Under the pieces are notes generated by a model, which was not told where the DNA came from, did not search any database, and saw nothing but the letters and a program-made list of their open reading frames with translations. A DNA stretch of 57,026 nt, counting the filler, from Stramenopiles sp. TOSAG23-3 (taxonomy: Eukaryota), in assembly GCA_900128585.1 (NCBI GenBank). It is 6 parts of 6 records of this genome, joined end to end, with 100 filler letters (N's around TTAATTAATTAA, not from the genome) between each part and the next. Parts side by side here need not be neighbours in the genome. Positions count along the whole stretch, not along the records: positions 1 to 16,993 come from LT642467.1; 5 more parts are not named here. One strand, given 5' to 3'. Made by a program: the position numbers and the translations under genes. Below, in pieces: positions 1-12,600 of this stretch; the stretch's first letter is position 1; every line of letters starts with the position of its first letter.

Positions 1-1360
1 ACCCACCCTGGGAAAATGGGGCCTCAAAGGCGAGCATAAACTTCGAAGTGATCCCGCTGTGCATGCTTTCAATCGTTTCCCGTTTAAAAATTCGGACCCC
101 ATCGAGCTCTCCCCCGTTAGCAATGCATGCCGATAGTTTGGCCATGTTCGCCGCCGAAGAAATTCCGTTTCCGGAGGGAATCGTGCACTGGTGCAAGCCA
201 GGATTCGGGTCGTTGAAAAAGGTTGGGTCCCACCGCGCGCTGTTGTTCACGACAGTATCCATGGCCCACATTTTCGCATAACTGTTCGTGAGATCGCCGT
301 ATACGTTCAAATTAATAAACCCATTGACTAAACCCGTCAGCCCTTTGTTGAGGATGCCGAACGATGCCAGAGGCACCATGAGCCCGGACAAGGTGGCAAG
401 TCCCGCGTTTCGGATCACCTTGGACACAACGTCAATTTCGTACGGTTCCATCGGCGCTATATCCTCCTGTGCGCCCATTTCGTACCAGGCGCTCCCAATG
501 TAGAACTTTATGCCGAGCGGCTCGCAAATCTCGTCGCAGGCAAATTTGCCTATGAAGCGGTGCTTTGGGTCGACTCTGCGAATCAACTCTGCCAAAATAA
601 ACCCCCGCGTGAGACCATGGTAGTACCTTGCCTTTTCCTTTGCTGCATCTTGGTAGTTTTCCTTGGCGCCGTCTATTTCATCGTAGTGAAGCCTTTCCTG
701 CGCCATGCGCTTCGCGCTCAACAGGGGGTCAGAGGCTTCCGCGATGGTCATTTGCTCGTCAAGGCACCACAGCCCCGCATCGTGGCGGAGAACGTCAGCG
801 ATAGTTATGTCTCCCTTTCCGTTCTCTTTGAACTCTGGCCAAATCGAACCGACAGTATCGTCGTACTTCAGCCACTTGTTGTCGACGCACTTTGCAACGC
901 AGAGGGCGGTCATGTTTTTCGTACATGAAAATACAATTTGTAGGGCATCTTTGCTGTACTTTTTAGTCGCCCGGTGGTTTTCTTGCCGCCCCCACAAGTC
1001 TACGGCGCGCCTGCCGTCCACATAGATGCACAGCTGAGAACCGAGCTCGTTTCCGATTTGAAAATTCTCCAGGAACGCGTCGTACACTGGCTTGTACATG
1101 GGGTCCGCGACGGTACCGCCGACTTGGCAGCCCGGGGGGGTTACGAACGGAGACAAAAGCCGGCTGGACACGGGGTGAAAGGGGGCCCTCATGAGCCTTC
1201 GTACAAAAATAGCCAAAAATGCCCCTACCGCCGTCTTCGAATAGCCCCGCCGGTAGAGAACAGCGGCAACGCCCCCTAAAAGAGCGTGATGCAACGCCTC
1301 CCCGTAGGGCAAACCGTCAAAACGCTTTTCGCCACTCAACGACATATTGCTTTCTTCCAT
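1..1360 (-). CDS. Beta-lactamase-fold serine hydrolase (class C/EstA-like esterase family), 3' end outside the window
   Basis: Absent from the ORF track because it runs off the window. Segments translated by hand from ATG 1360 give MEESNMSLSGEKRFDGLP...FLENFQIGNELGSQLCIYVDGRRAVDLWG...VFSCTK (SxxK)...ITIADVLRHDAGL...YYHGLTRG...IPSGNGISSAANMAKL, all typical of this family. Confidence 0.85.
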   Translation of the reverse strand, partial: MEESNMSLSGEKRFDGLPYGEALHHALLGGVAAVLYRRGYSKTAVGAFLAIFVRRLMRAPFHPVSSRLLSPFVTPPGCQVGGTVADPMYKPVYDAFLENFQIGNELGSQLCIYVDGRRAVDLWGRQENHRATKKYSKDALQIVFSCTKNMTALCVAKCVDNKWLKYDDTVGSIWPEFKENGKGDITIADVLRHDAGLWCLDEQMTIAEASDPLLSAKRMAQERLHYDEIDGAKENYQDAAKEKARYYHGLTRGFILAELIRRVDPKHRFIGKFACDEICEPLGIKFYIGSAWYEMGAQEDIAPMEPYEIDVVSKVIRNAGLATLSGLMVPLASFGILNKGLTGLVNGFINLNVYGDLTNSYAKMWAMDTVVNNSARWDPTFFNDPNPGLHQCTIPSGNGISSAANMAKLSACIANGGELDGVRIFKRETIESMHSGITSKFMLAFEAPFSQGG

Positions 1361-1591
1361 ACCCAAAAGAATCGTACAACAAAACAGACCAAGGAATAGT
1401 AGATTTCTGTATAATAAAAAATTAAATTCTATTAAATTCTATCCTTTCCTAAGTTCACGCGTTACAGTTTATTCATAATCTTTTAATGCCATTCTAGTAA
1501 ATACAAACACCATTTCAAACCATCCCCTTTCCTCTCTTCCCCCATCGCCCATCGCATGCATGCATCAATGCAAAAGATACGCACATTTTCA

Positions 1592-1826
1592 ATTTCTTCT
1601 TCTTCTTCTTCTTTTTTTCTTCTTCTTCTTTCTTTCTTCTTCCTTCTTCTTCCTTCTTCCTTCTTCTTTCTTCTTCTTCTTCTTCTTCCTTCTTCCTTCT
1701 TCCTTCTTCTTTCTTCTTCTTCTTCTTCTTCTTCTGCTTCTTCTTCTTCTTCTTCTTCTTCCTTCTTCCTTCTTCTTTCTTCTTCTTCTTTCTTCATTCT
1801 TCTTTCTTCTTTCTTCTTTCTTCTTC
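1592..1826. repeat. Degenerate (CTT)n homopyrimidine microsatellite
   Basis: About 235 nt of almost pure C/T; it generates the poly-K/E/R and poly-S/F/L ORFs in the track. Confidence 0.95.
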
Positions 1827-2371
1827 ATATTTGCTTGTATTGAATGAGGTAAAATAATGTCACTATAGAAGTCCTCGTATAATAATAAGATAGAATTAGG
1901 GTTTCTATATTTGTATATTCTAATGTTTTTACAAGTATAATCTTCAGTATCAAATTGTGTATTAATAGTATCATAGGGAGACATGTAATGTTTTTGATAT
2001 TATATACTATGATTATGTTAAAATGTTTACTATTATTGAATGTATTTTAAATTTGATATCTCAGACGTACCCTCTTGAACTGAGAACTGAGGATGATGGA
2101 AGGTAGAAGAAAGAAAGAAAGAAAGAAAGAAGAAAGAAGAGAGAGAGAGAAGGAAGTTCAAAGTTCAACTACTATAATATAATATATTAGCAATAGCTTT
2201 TTTGTTAATGTAAAAGTTCAACGGCAAATTTTATCCTCAATTCATTCAATTGAATCAATCTGTTGCTCTTGAAAAGAAGATCTTTTATTTCGTGTACATT
2301 TTAAAGTGTTTTAAGATTTTCCATAGCATAGTTAGTTTTGATTTTTTAAATTTACGGGGATACGCGTTGCA

Positions 2372-4315
2372 ATGAAACTGTTTGCACTCCTGGCTCTCTT
2401 CTCGGTCGTAAGCGTGGCCACCGGTGCGGGCGCCAAGCGAAAGTGCGGGTTCCCAGTGCTCGACGCCGGCACGGAGAAACTTTTGTGGAAGAAAAGGGAC
2501 GGGAACAATGCCATCAAAAAATTGCGTGGAATATTTCCGAAAGTGTTCAAAGCGTACATGGTGCCCATGTCGGACGGTGTGCACTTGCATACGAACGTCA
2601 TCTCCCCGCCGTTCTCGGGCAAAACCAAGTGGCCCGCAGTGATTGACCGTAGCCCGTACGGGGGCGCAAAGACGGAGCTGTTGGCGGATATTTTCCTCTT
2701 GTTTGATTTCATTGCGATTGGCCAAGACATGCGCGGAACGTGCTTGAGCGAGGGGAACTTTTCTGTGTTTCACACGGACCAGAAGGATGGGAATGATACC
2801 ATCAACTGGCTCGTGGAACAGGAGTGGTCCGACGGCAGAGTGTTCGAAATCGGTGCCAGCGCAGACGGTATCGCGTCGCTCGAGCTTGCGATCGCTTCCC
2901 CGAAGCCTTTGCAGGCTCAGTTTATCATCTTTGCGACTGGGGAGGCGGAAGAGACGTTTTTTCCAGGAGGGGCCTACCGGTATGCGCTGATTGAAAAGTG
3001 GATCAACGGCACCATCCCAGACCAAGCCCCGTTCGTCCTCAACAACATCATGAAGCACGAGGGCCCCAGCAAGTCGTTTTGGGGTGCAGTCGAACTAAGC
3101 GGTGGGCGAGGTGTGAAACGGAAGTTCAACCGCGTCAAGTGGCCTGTCGTCATGTGGGCAGGGTGGTATGATATTTTTGAGCAAGGCAACTTGGAAACGT
3201 TTGACGGTATTCAGCACGAATCGGACCCCTCGGTTCGCGGCAAACATTACCTGGTCGTCGATCCTCTTGGCCATTGCCAATCCGGTTCGAGCATGTTCCC
3301 GCACAACCTGATAGAGGGCAGGAGTATTTTGCCTATTTTGCTGGGGATCAATCTCTTCAAAGGCGATTTGCCCACGAAGGTTCCCGAGGGCGTCAAGGCA
3401 ATCACGTTTTACGTCATGGGAAGCATCGACGCAAAAGAAGGCAACGGCAACTACTGGACCTCAGTGCCAGACTGGCCCAAGCGAACGCTTTCGCCATTGT
3501 ACTTGCACGGCGACGGGAGCGCTTCGTTTGACAAGCCGACGACGGGCCTGTCCGCGCCAACGGCGTCGTCGACGTACACGTACGACCCGAGCAACCCAGT
3601 GCCGACAAAAGGGGGGAACAACCTTGAGATCAAATGTGGACCGCTGGACCAGAGCGATACGTTGTCGCGGAAGGACGTCTTGACGTTTGTCACGTCCACG
3701 CTTGATAAACCTGTCGCGTTGACGGGGCCGTTGGCGGCGCATTTGTTCGTGTCCACCTCGAAAGTCAACGATACCGACTTCACGATGAAGTTGGTGGACG
3801 TTTACCCCGATGGTCGCCACATCTTGGTGAACGATGGGATTCGTCGCATGCGATGGCGCACGAGTCGGAAAACGACTGGGCCGGAGCCGATCGTTCCCGG
3901 TCGCATCTATCCCATTGAAATGTCCTTGTGGAACACGAGTTACGTATTTTCCCCAGGGCACAAGATCATGGTGGCCGTGTCCAGCTCGAACGCCCCTCGG
4001 TTTCAACCCAACCCTAATACCGGTCTGCCAATCACCCTGTACAACAAGGACACGTATTTGGTCACGGACAATACCTTGTACCACAGCGCAGAGCACCCAA
4101 GCTCCATCGACCTTCCCATTGTCGAATTGAGCGACATGCCCAAGCACAACGTGCTTGAAACGGAGAAAACACTCTTGAGGGAGATGGGAATGGAAGATTC
4201 CTTCGTTCGAGGCAAGATGATGAGAATGCTCGAGAAAATGCAAGGCAGGTTCAACAGAGGAGATGCTGGCAGGGAACAAGAACAAGAACAAGACGACGTT
4301 GCCACGACGGAGTGA
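2372..4315 (+). CDS. Secreted CocE/NonD family hydrolase (peptidase S15/PepX_C-like)
   Basis: 647 aa. Signal peptide; MVPMSDGVHL, RSPYG, QDMRG..SEG; nucleophile elbow GASADG; GWYDIF; YDPSNPVPTKGG; C-terminal beta-sandwich (DTDFTMKLVDVYPDG, SSSNAPRF). Confidence 0.9.
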   Translation: MKLFALLALFSVVSVATGAGAKRKCGFPVLDAGTEKLLWKKRDGNNAIKKLRGIFPKVFKAYMVPMSDGVHLHTNVISPPFSGKTKWPAVIDRSPYGGAKTELLADIFLLFDFIAIGQDMRGTCLSEGNFSVFHTDQKDGNDTINWLVEQEWSDGRVFEIGASADGIASLELAIASPKPLQAQFIIFATGEAEETFFPGGAYRYALIEKWINGTIPDQAPFVLNNIMKHEGPSKSFWGAVELSGGRGVKRKFNRVKWPVVMWAGWYDIFEQGNLETFDGIQHESDPSVRGKHYLVVDPLGHCQSGSSMFPHNLIEGRSILPILLGINLFKGDLPTKVPEGVKAITFYVMGSIDAKEGNGNYWTSVPDWPKRTLSPLYLHGDGSASFDKPTTGLSAPTASSTYTYDPSNPVPTKGGNNLEIKCGPLDQSDTLSRKDVLTFVTSTLDKPVALTGPLAAHLFVSTSKVNDTDFTMKLVDVYPDGRHILVNDGIRRMRWRTSRKTTGPEPIVPGRIYPIEMSLWNTSYVFSPGHKIMVAVSSSNAPRFQPNPNTGLPITLYNKDTYLVTDNTLYHSAEHPSSIDLPIVELSDMPKHNVLETEKTLLREMGMEDSFVRGKMMRMLEKMQGRFNRGDAGREQEQEQDDVATTE

Positions 4316-4749
4316 GAGACGGCCTATTCCATCTTCAAAATATAAGTATAATAATAATGTATACTAAAACTAAAAAGAAAGGTACGAATCAAGATTAGTG
4401 TTAGATTATTAGGGTTAGGAACAAATGAAGGAAGAAATGAACTTTTTGAATTTTATATTGAAATAGCATTGGAAGACATAGACACAACATCGTAGAACAC
4501 AAAAGAATGAAAATGGTATCAAATTAATAGGTGCATAGCATTGATTAGATGGTATTTATATGTATTATGTATATTAAAGATATTATAAGTAATTTACAAT
4601 ACAAAAATACTTTAAAAAAACAAAAAATCACGTTGTGTATTGATAATATATTTATATAATTTGTAGTATATTTTTATAAATTACTTAATTAGTACGAAAT
4701 CAAAGTAGAAGAAGAGAAAGAAAGAAGGGAAATCTTTGTTCCTAAAATT

Positions 4750-4842
4750 ATACATAGAGATAGTAAGGAGGAAGAAGAAGAAATCAATCATCAATCAAAA
4801 AATACATAGAGATAGTAAGGAGGAAGAAGAAGAAGAAATCAA
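4750..4842. repeat. Local tandem duplication of about 40 nt (ATACATAGAGATAGTAAGGAGGAAGAAGAAG...)
   Basis: Two near-identical copies starting at about 4750 and 4802. Confidence 0.85.
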
Positions 4843-5091
4843 ATTTTATTATCACACGACCGTGTAGTAGGACTCTCTCTTGGTTTAATTGAATAAAAAT
4901 GTTTCATTCCTATATCTGTATCTAATAATAAGCTATTGTTTGAATGATTGATCTTTGCCTCTTTATAGTTTTTTTGAAACAATTGTATCGATTGTTCATA
5001 CGTTTTAGAGAAGACTTTAAGCAAGGACGTACGTGAAGGCAACCGTTTTTTGTTGTTCTATATTTCTACACATTTCTACACAGAGTACATC

Positions 5092-5823
5092 ATGTCAGGT
5101 GGGGGATACGACCGGTACATTACCATTTTTAGTCCGGAAGGGCGTTTGTTTCAAATTGAGTATGCGTTCAAAGCAACCAGGGGAGTAGACCATACCACGG
5201 TGGCGATCAGGGGGACCAAATGTGTGGCCCTGGTTACGCAGAAGAAGGTAGAGGACAAACTTATCGACAAGTCGTCCCTGACCCATATGTACCAAATAAC
5301 AGACAAGATCGGCTGCGTTATGACCGGGCGACACTCGGACTCCAAGGCCTTGGTGACACAGGCTCGTGCGGAGGCGGCGGAGTACCGCTACAACTACGGT
5401 TATGCGATGCCCGTGGCCGTGTTAGCGAAGCGCATGGCCGACCTTGCGCAAGTTTACACCCAGCAGGCCGGCCGACGGGCGTACGCCGCCATGATGATCC
5501 TTTGCGCCGTCGATGACGAGACCGGCCCGGCACTGTACAAGGTGGACCCTGCGGGGCACTACTTTGGCTACAAAGCCGTAGCAGCGGGGACCAAGTACCA
5601 AGAGGCGATGACACGCTTAGAAAAGCGTGTCAAATCGAAACCGGAAGGTGGGGATGTTGACTACACGATCCAGGCGGCGATCGAAGAACTCCAGCACGTG
5701 CTCTCCGCGGACTTTAAATGCAGCGAAATCGAAGTTGGTATTATTTCTGAAGGAAAGAATTTTCATACACTGACGGAGGAGGAAGTCGAGGAGCACTTGG
5801 TAGCGCTGGCGCAGCGGGACTGA
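5092..5823 (+). CDS. PSMA6: 20S proteasome subunit alpha type-6 (alpha1)
   Basis: Alpha-subunit signature MSGGGYDRYITIFSPEGRLFQIEYAFKA; QKKVEDKL, YKVDPAGHYFGYKA. Start placed at ATG 5092. Confidence 0.95.
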   Translation: MSGGGYDRYITIFSPEGRLFQIEYAFKATRGVDHTTVAIRGTKCVALVTQKKVEDKLIDKSSLTHMYQITDKIGCVMTGRHSDSKALVTQARAEAAEYRYNYGYAMPVAVLAKRMADLAQVYTQQAGRRAYAAMMILCAVDDETGPALYKVDPAGHYFGYKAVAAGTKYQEAMTRLEKRVKSKPEGGDVDYTIQAAIEELQHVLSADFKCSEIEVGIISEGKNFHTLTEEEVEEHLVALAQRD

Positions 5824-6048
5824 GCGCGTCGCCGGCATTTAGTTTTATAAAGCAAGCGCTTTGCACGCGCGTGCAGCATGCGATCGCGCACACGCCTCGT
5901 AATAAAAATATTTTTGTCCAAGAGTACACCGCTGCATGTAATGCTTGCTACTTAAAATTAGTATGTTATATGTTAAAATTAAGACGCCCCCTTTCTCTAC
6001 CTAAAATTATGTACGAATGTTGTTTACGAGTCAGCCCGCAGGCTTTCC

Positions 6049-7107
6049 CTAAAGCCTGCCCGGGGGCTGGGTTTTCTTTGAATCCTTCCACTTTCGCAAC
6101 AATCCCAACCGTTCGATCACCGCCTCCGTGCTTGAACCACCCCCCCCAACGGAGGCGAAGCGCTTTGCCACGCTCTCCTTGTCCGCGCGAAGGAACACGT
6201 TGGACTCAAACTCTTCCTTCAGGACGGACGGGATCGTCGGCAAACGGGCCTTGCGCCGGGACATTGCCCACGCCAACCGTCGCTTGACCGAGTCATTCTC
6301 GGGCTCGACGAGAAGGCAGAACTGCAAGTTTGCTACCGTGTACTCGTGCCCGCAGTAAATCTTGGTGTCCTGCGGCAATCGTTTGGCCAGCGTCTCGTAC
6401 AGGCTACGGTACATTGTTGCAGGGTCCCCTTCGAAAAATTTCCCGCAACCGCCTGCAAAGAGCGTGTCCCCACTGAACAATACGTTAGACCCTACGAAGA
6501 AGGCGACGTGCCCGATCGTGTGGGCCGGTGTGTGCAGGATTCGCACGGGGGTTTCGCCCAACGAAACGGTTTTGTCGTCCGCGACAAAAACGTTCTGGCC
6601 GGCGCACGATTCTTCTGTCCCGGACACCACCTTGAGGTTTGGAAACTTTTCTAGAAGGGCGGTGTTTCCGCCCGAATGATCTACGTGCTTGTGGGTGCAC
6701 AAAACCATGGACAACTCCACGACCCTGCATTTTTCCTTCAGCTTCTGGAACTGCTCGAGTACCGTCACGGGGTCGGCCGGGTCGACGACGGCGACGTTCC
6801 CAGTCCCCTTGTCGACGACAAAATACCCATAGTTGTCCTGCAAGTACGGCACGTAGAAAACGTAAAAGGTGTCGTACTCTTCAAGCTTTTCGCAGAATTC
6901 CGTGTGGGGACGACCCTCTGTACTGTTTTGATGGCTGAACAAGAAGTAATTATGTATAAACTGGCCCAGCGATGAGTTGTACAGTGCGTACACCACACGA
7001 AACATCCGCGACGGTTCATTGAACTCGGTCAATTTCGAATTCCTCACGGCGTTGTAAACGTACGCCGTTAATGCGGCTACCCCAACCCCACACGCGTACA
7101 TGAACAT
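6049..7107 (-). CDS. Hydroxyacylglutathione hydrolase (glyoxalase II family) with a hydrophobic, PNKD-like N-terminal extension
   Basis: THKHVDHSGGN, HTPAHTIGH, FSGDTLFAGGCG, CGHEYT and PTIPS..EE..NVFLR motifs. First in-frame ATG at 7107. Confidence 0.9.
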   Translation of the reverse strand: MFMYACGVGVAALTAYVYNAVRNSKLTEFNEPSRMFRVVYALYNSSLGQFIHNYFLFSHQNSTEGRPHTEFCEKLEEYDTFYVFYVPYLQDNYGYFVVDKGTGNVAVVDPADPVTVLEQFQKLKEKCRVVELSMVLCTHKHVDHSGGNTALLEKFPNLKVVSGTEESCAGQNVFVADDKTVSLGETPVRILHTPAHTIGHVAFFVGSNVLFSGDTLFAGGCGKFFEGDPATMYRSLYETLAKRLPQDTKIYCGHEYTVANLQFCLLVEPENDSVKRRLAWAMSRRKARLPTIPSVLKEEFESNVFLRADKESVAKRFASVGGGGSSTEAVIERLGLLRKWKDSKKTQPPGRL

Positions 7108-7714
7108 CCTTGCAATATCGTGTATACACGGTATCTTCAAGCGTTAAACCTTTGCTGACATAAAACGTTTGTCTCCATTCCTGAAATATTAATCGTTTTG
7201 TTTCAAATGGAAACATGAAAACGTGTGTATATTTTTATTAGAATCAAAATTGAAATCATCATCAATCTAAAAAAAGAAGATGATCTTCTTTTTTTCCTTC
7301 CTTCTTTCTTTCTTTTACAGGTGTTACAGGTTGGGTCCAGGTACCTGGTATAATATTAATAGTACGATGGTACCAGGTACCGTACCTGATACCTGTAAAA
7401 ATGTAAATGGAACCATTAAATATCTAAATATTGAAAACCCAAAAGGAAAGGAAGGTAACATAAAAAAAACATTAATATATAGACTATGCATACATCTGAA
7501 AAAACAATGCATACATCTGATATTTTTTAAATAAGAAGATATAAAATATATAGGTGGTTTTAATGCATCAGTCGTCTTCTATACTTCCTATTATTTTATA
7601 ATTAAGACTCTTTACTTATGAAAAAAGATGATGGTTTTGACGTTTCCCGCTTCACACATTTTCATATGTTCAAACGAAATTGAACTATTGGGGAAGGCGC
7701 CGCGCGACCCCTTC

Positions 7715-8752
<1,038 letters not shown>

Positions 8753-9179
8753 TTACTTCGTTTTATTTCGTTATTCGTTATAGGTGCAGTATTTTTACAA
8801 TTCAATCCAATTACAAAGACAGAGAGAGACGAGGTGAAAAACTGAACCTGTCTTCACTTGTTCATTCTCTTTGCAAATCATTATGTATATATTTGGCAAT
8901 ATTCTTATACGTCTGTGTATAGCTTATATATAATTAAAACTAATAAAAGATACGGCGTGCGTGCTGAAAAGAACGAAAAAAAGAAAAGCAACAACAAGTG
9001 TGGTGGTTGTTTTTTTTTTTTTTGTATTTTATGTGAGACAATTAATATAACACAGCAGCACGAATAGAAAAGATAGTTTTTTTTAATTTTTTTTATTTAA
9101 TTTTTTTTGTGGTGGGGGAGGCGAGGAGGATGTATTATAATGGTATGATGATGTTATTAAATGACATATATTATTAATA

Positions 9180-9306
9180 AAAAAGTGTGTCTCTTCTCGC
9201 TCATTCTTCTTCTTCTTCTTCTCGATCTTTTTCTTAAATACTAGCCATCAAAAAGTGTGTCTCTTCTCGCCCCTTCTTCTTCTTCTTCTTCTCGATCTTT
9301 TTCTTC
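9180..9306. repeat. Local tandem duplication of about 55 nt with a 70-nt period
   Basis: AAAAGTGTGTCTCTTCTCGC...CTCGATCTTTTTCTT at about 9181 and 9251. Confidence 0.85.
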
Positions 9307-9401
9307 TTCTTTGCTTTGTGCTTGTTATATACCGTACTACTATAAATACATTAATAATATTACAATTGTTGCGCTATACAAAAAACTGCTGCAACAACTG
9401 C

Positions 9402-9524
9402 AGAAAAAACTGGCTGTTATGTATATATAAGTAATTAAAATTAATGTACTGCGAACTGAAATCTAGATTTAGACATTCTAGGTTTGCATTCCTTCATGAA
9501 GTGCGAACTTATGTCACTTAGTCT
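9402..9524 (+). repeat. Dispersed repeat family, copy A
   Basis: TGGCTGTTAT...TAATTAAAATTAATGTACTGCGAACTGAAATCTAGATTTAGACATT...CCTTCATG...GTCACTTAGTCT; aligns by eye with 14321-14550, 21447-21500 and 40201-40494. Confidence 0.85.
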
Positions 9525-9662
9525 AATTTAGGAAGAAAAAAGATCGTCACACCTCACAAGGGGGGGAGATATTTTGTAAGACTTATAAAGACAAGAAAAA
9601 TATTATCGATCGATAACAGCGTCGTAAAGGAAGCTAATTCTCTAATAAAATTGTGCTAACCC

Positions 9663-12600
9663 ATGTTGTTTGTTACGTTTTTAATCTTCCATCAGTTAAG
9701 CAATTTTGTGGACGGGGCAGTTGTTTACGCCTCGCCGAGTGGTTCTGATTCTGACCCCGGTTCTTTGTTAAATCCAGTGCAAACTGTAAACAAATGTATA
9801 GAACGGGCAGGTTCGTACGGAACCTGCTACTTACGGGGAGGGCGTTATTTTGTTTCTGAGAGCATACTAATTTCTGGACTCGTGAATCTTAAATTGGCCT
9901 CCTACAAAAACGAGACCCCTATAATTGATGGGACGGTTCCCATACCTGGCGGGTGGAATTTAATAGATAGCAGTACAAACCTGTATGAAACAGTCGAGCC
10001 ACAGACAGCCTGGCAATTGTTTTGGGGGGAGCAGCGGATGCATTTACCACCAGCAAGATGGCCGAATGGAGCGCCGTGGACCGAGGAAGGATATAACCGA
10101 GACCACGGCGGCTGGAGGTACGAATCTAGTAATTCCAGTTTTGGAACTTTAGTGGACGATGTTGATAAACTACCAAGCAATAAGACCCTTGCTGATTTGG
10201 AAACGAGTTTGGACGGCTGTGTTGCTATTATCAATAACGGGCATTGGAAAACTATGGAGGCACTTGTAAAAAATCATACGGCGGGCACGAATACGTTTCA
10301 GTACGATATTGAGAACGCGGGGTCGGGGAAACCTGCTGCCCGTCACCCCGGGGATGGCCTTGGAAGGTATTGTGTCGAATTCTGTCCGCAAATTATTGAT
10401 ACCCCCGGGGAGTGGTCTTACAACGCTTCGACAGGGAAAATAGTATTGCGAGTCCCAAGTAACGTCGCCGATAGCAACCCCAACAATGCCAACATCTACG
10501 GAAAGAATTCAACTTTTGGCGTTGTGTTAGACAAATCGACGGGGGTGACGATCGATGGATTAAAGTTTTTTGGGACGACTTTAATTATGTGGGATTCTGT
10601 GTCGTGCTCTGTACTCAACAGCGAATTTCTGTACCCGTCGTTTTCGAAACGGGCCCTGGGCATGGTGAAAGGGACCTACAACCCTGGTGGGACGTGGTAC
10701 GATGGCGGAAACAAGTTAAAGTTTACCGGGGCAGCGTCAACCACAGTAGCCAGCAATGATTTATACCGTACAAACAGCACTTGGAAGAACAATAAATTCA
10801 AATTCACAGACAATGCGGCCTTGCTATTTTCGAATAATGGTTTGGACACTGTGTACAACAATTACTTCAATCACATAGACTACAGTGGGGTTGGTTACTC
10901 GTTTACGATAATAACGAACGTTAAAACCGGCCCGATCACATTTTCTAGAAACACAATAGACACGGCAGGGGCATCGGCAGGTTTGAACACCCCAGGCAAC
11001 GTAGAAACTGACAAGAACAAGTTTTTTACGAAATGTTTAATGGAGAATGGGGCGACAGCAACTAACCCAACATCAATGGCATTTGAAGAATTTACTGGTG
11101 AGTGCAAAGTTCGCCCAGTCGCTGAGTACAATTATTTTACACACATGGGTTTAGTCCAGCATGATGGTGCAGCGTTACAGGCCGGCTCGTTGGTTCAAAG
11201 GGGTACGGTATATGCATACAACTGGGCCATCGACACTCATAAGTTGGGCCTACGGTTCGATAGTGGAGATGATTGTGTTTATGGCGCAAATGGGACCATG
11301 CACCATAACGTCGTGAAAGGCGCCCTAGGGGGCATAAAATCAAAAGGGACTCAACATCACTTTTATAACAACCTGGTGTTTGATAGTTGGAAAAGCGAGG
11401 ACCTTCAGATCCTTAGATATTACCCCAGCGACCAATCATGTCAACCAATTGGGAACAAGACGGACGTCTTTAACAACGCCGGCGGGACGATAACAGGAAA
11501 GGCCAGCGGGAATTTAGACATTTCCGTTTACGCGAATTATGACGCGAAAGTAAATTACAACGAATTCGTGAATACCACGACAAAAATGAAGGATTTGTTG
11601 CGCGACCCAGATAATTTTGACTTTCGGCCAAAAGCGACTTCAGGTTTAGTCGATGCTGGAAAGGTTATTGATCCGGTCCCTGCCTTCCAGGTCAGCAGTA
11701 CGGACTTTCTTGGCTCTGCCCCCGACATTGGTGCATACGAATTCTCTGACACGAACTATTTTATCCCAGGGTTTCAAGACACGAAACCATCCTTTCCAAT
11801 TCCGCCGCATAACTCAAAAACAGTAAAATACGACGCCGACTTAATGTTCTTGCACGCTCGTGAGCCGGAGAATGACAAAATCCTGCGCCACGACCTGGAA
11901 ATTTTTAATGAAACGACGCAAGATTGGAGTGTACATGGAAGGTTTTATGGCAATGCCAATGTCTTTCCCAACTGCACTTGGGAAAGCGGGCAGTGGATAA
12001 AATGGCGAGTACACGTGCATTTTGAAGGTGGAAGCTCATCTTTATCAGATACTTGGAGATTCATGGTACCGAAAGTGGGGCTCTCCAGTGGCATCGTCCT
12101 TACTCCGACTGATGATGCTTCTGTCTATACTTATGGCGAAAATATTAATAAGAACTATGGAAACAAAGTAAAATTACGAGTTAGAGATGAGCAGGGATCG
12201 AATCGGGCGTTAACGTTTTTGCGTTTTTCATTAGAAAACAGTGAAGAAATTGTTCGTGTGAAATCTTCTGGGTGTGATATAGAGGTTTTGAACGCTACCT
12301 TCAAGATTCAAGTTCAGGACAATGCCATCCTTGAAGCATCACTTTGGAATATAAACGATACGAGCTGGAATGAAATGACCATTACAGGGGTTAATTACCC
12401 GAAAGGATGGGTAAAACGATTGGGGAGCAAAACCAATTTACTTGCAGGGCAAGTTGTTGCCTTCTCGGTAACAGACGAAATCGCTGGGTTGGTGAATAGC
12501 AACACTAATGCTATTACTTTTGGAATGACTAGTACCAAAGATACAGCCAATTTAATACTGAACTCAAAGGAACGTAGCGATGGGGGAATGAAGCCACAGA

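Noticed and set aside
1483-1984. ORFs of poly-K/E/R or poly-S/F/L (also 16691-17049 and 46042-46240)
   Set aside because: Translations of stop-free microsatellites.
2285-4305. Long antisense and alternative-frame ORFs over real genes (also over MCCC2, PI3K, ETFDH and the PDZ gene)
   Set aside because: Shadows of GC-rich codon usage with no recognisable motifs.
1896-4420. Isolated TTAGGG words as interstitial telomere
   Set aside because: Single copies; at 32700 and 51243 they are part of the dispersed repeat.
7141-7161. Upstream ATG in frame with the glyoxalase ORF across a TAA, suggesting stop-codon reassignment
   Set aside because: TAA, TAG and TGA all terminate conserved genes at expected positions in this window.
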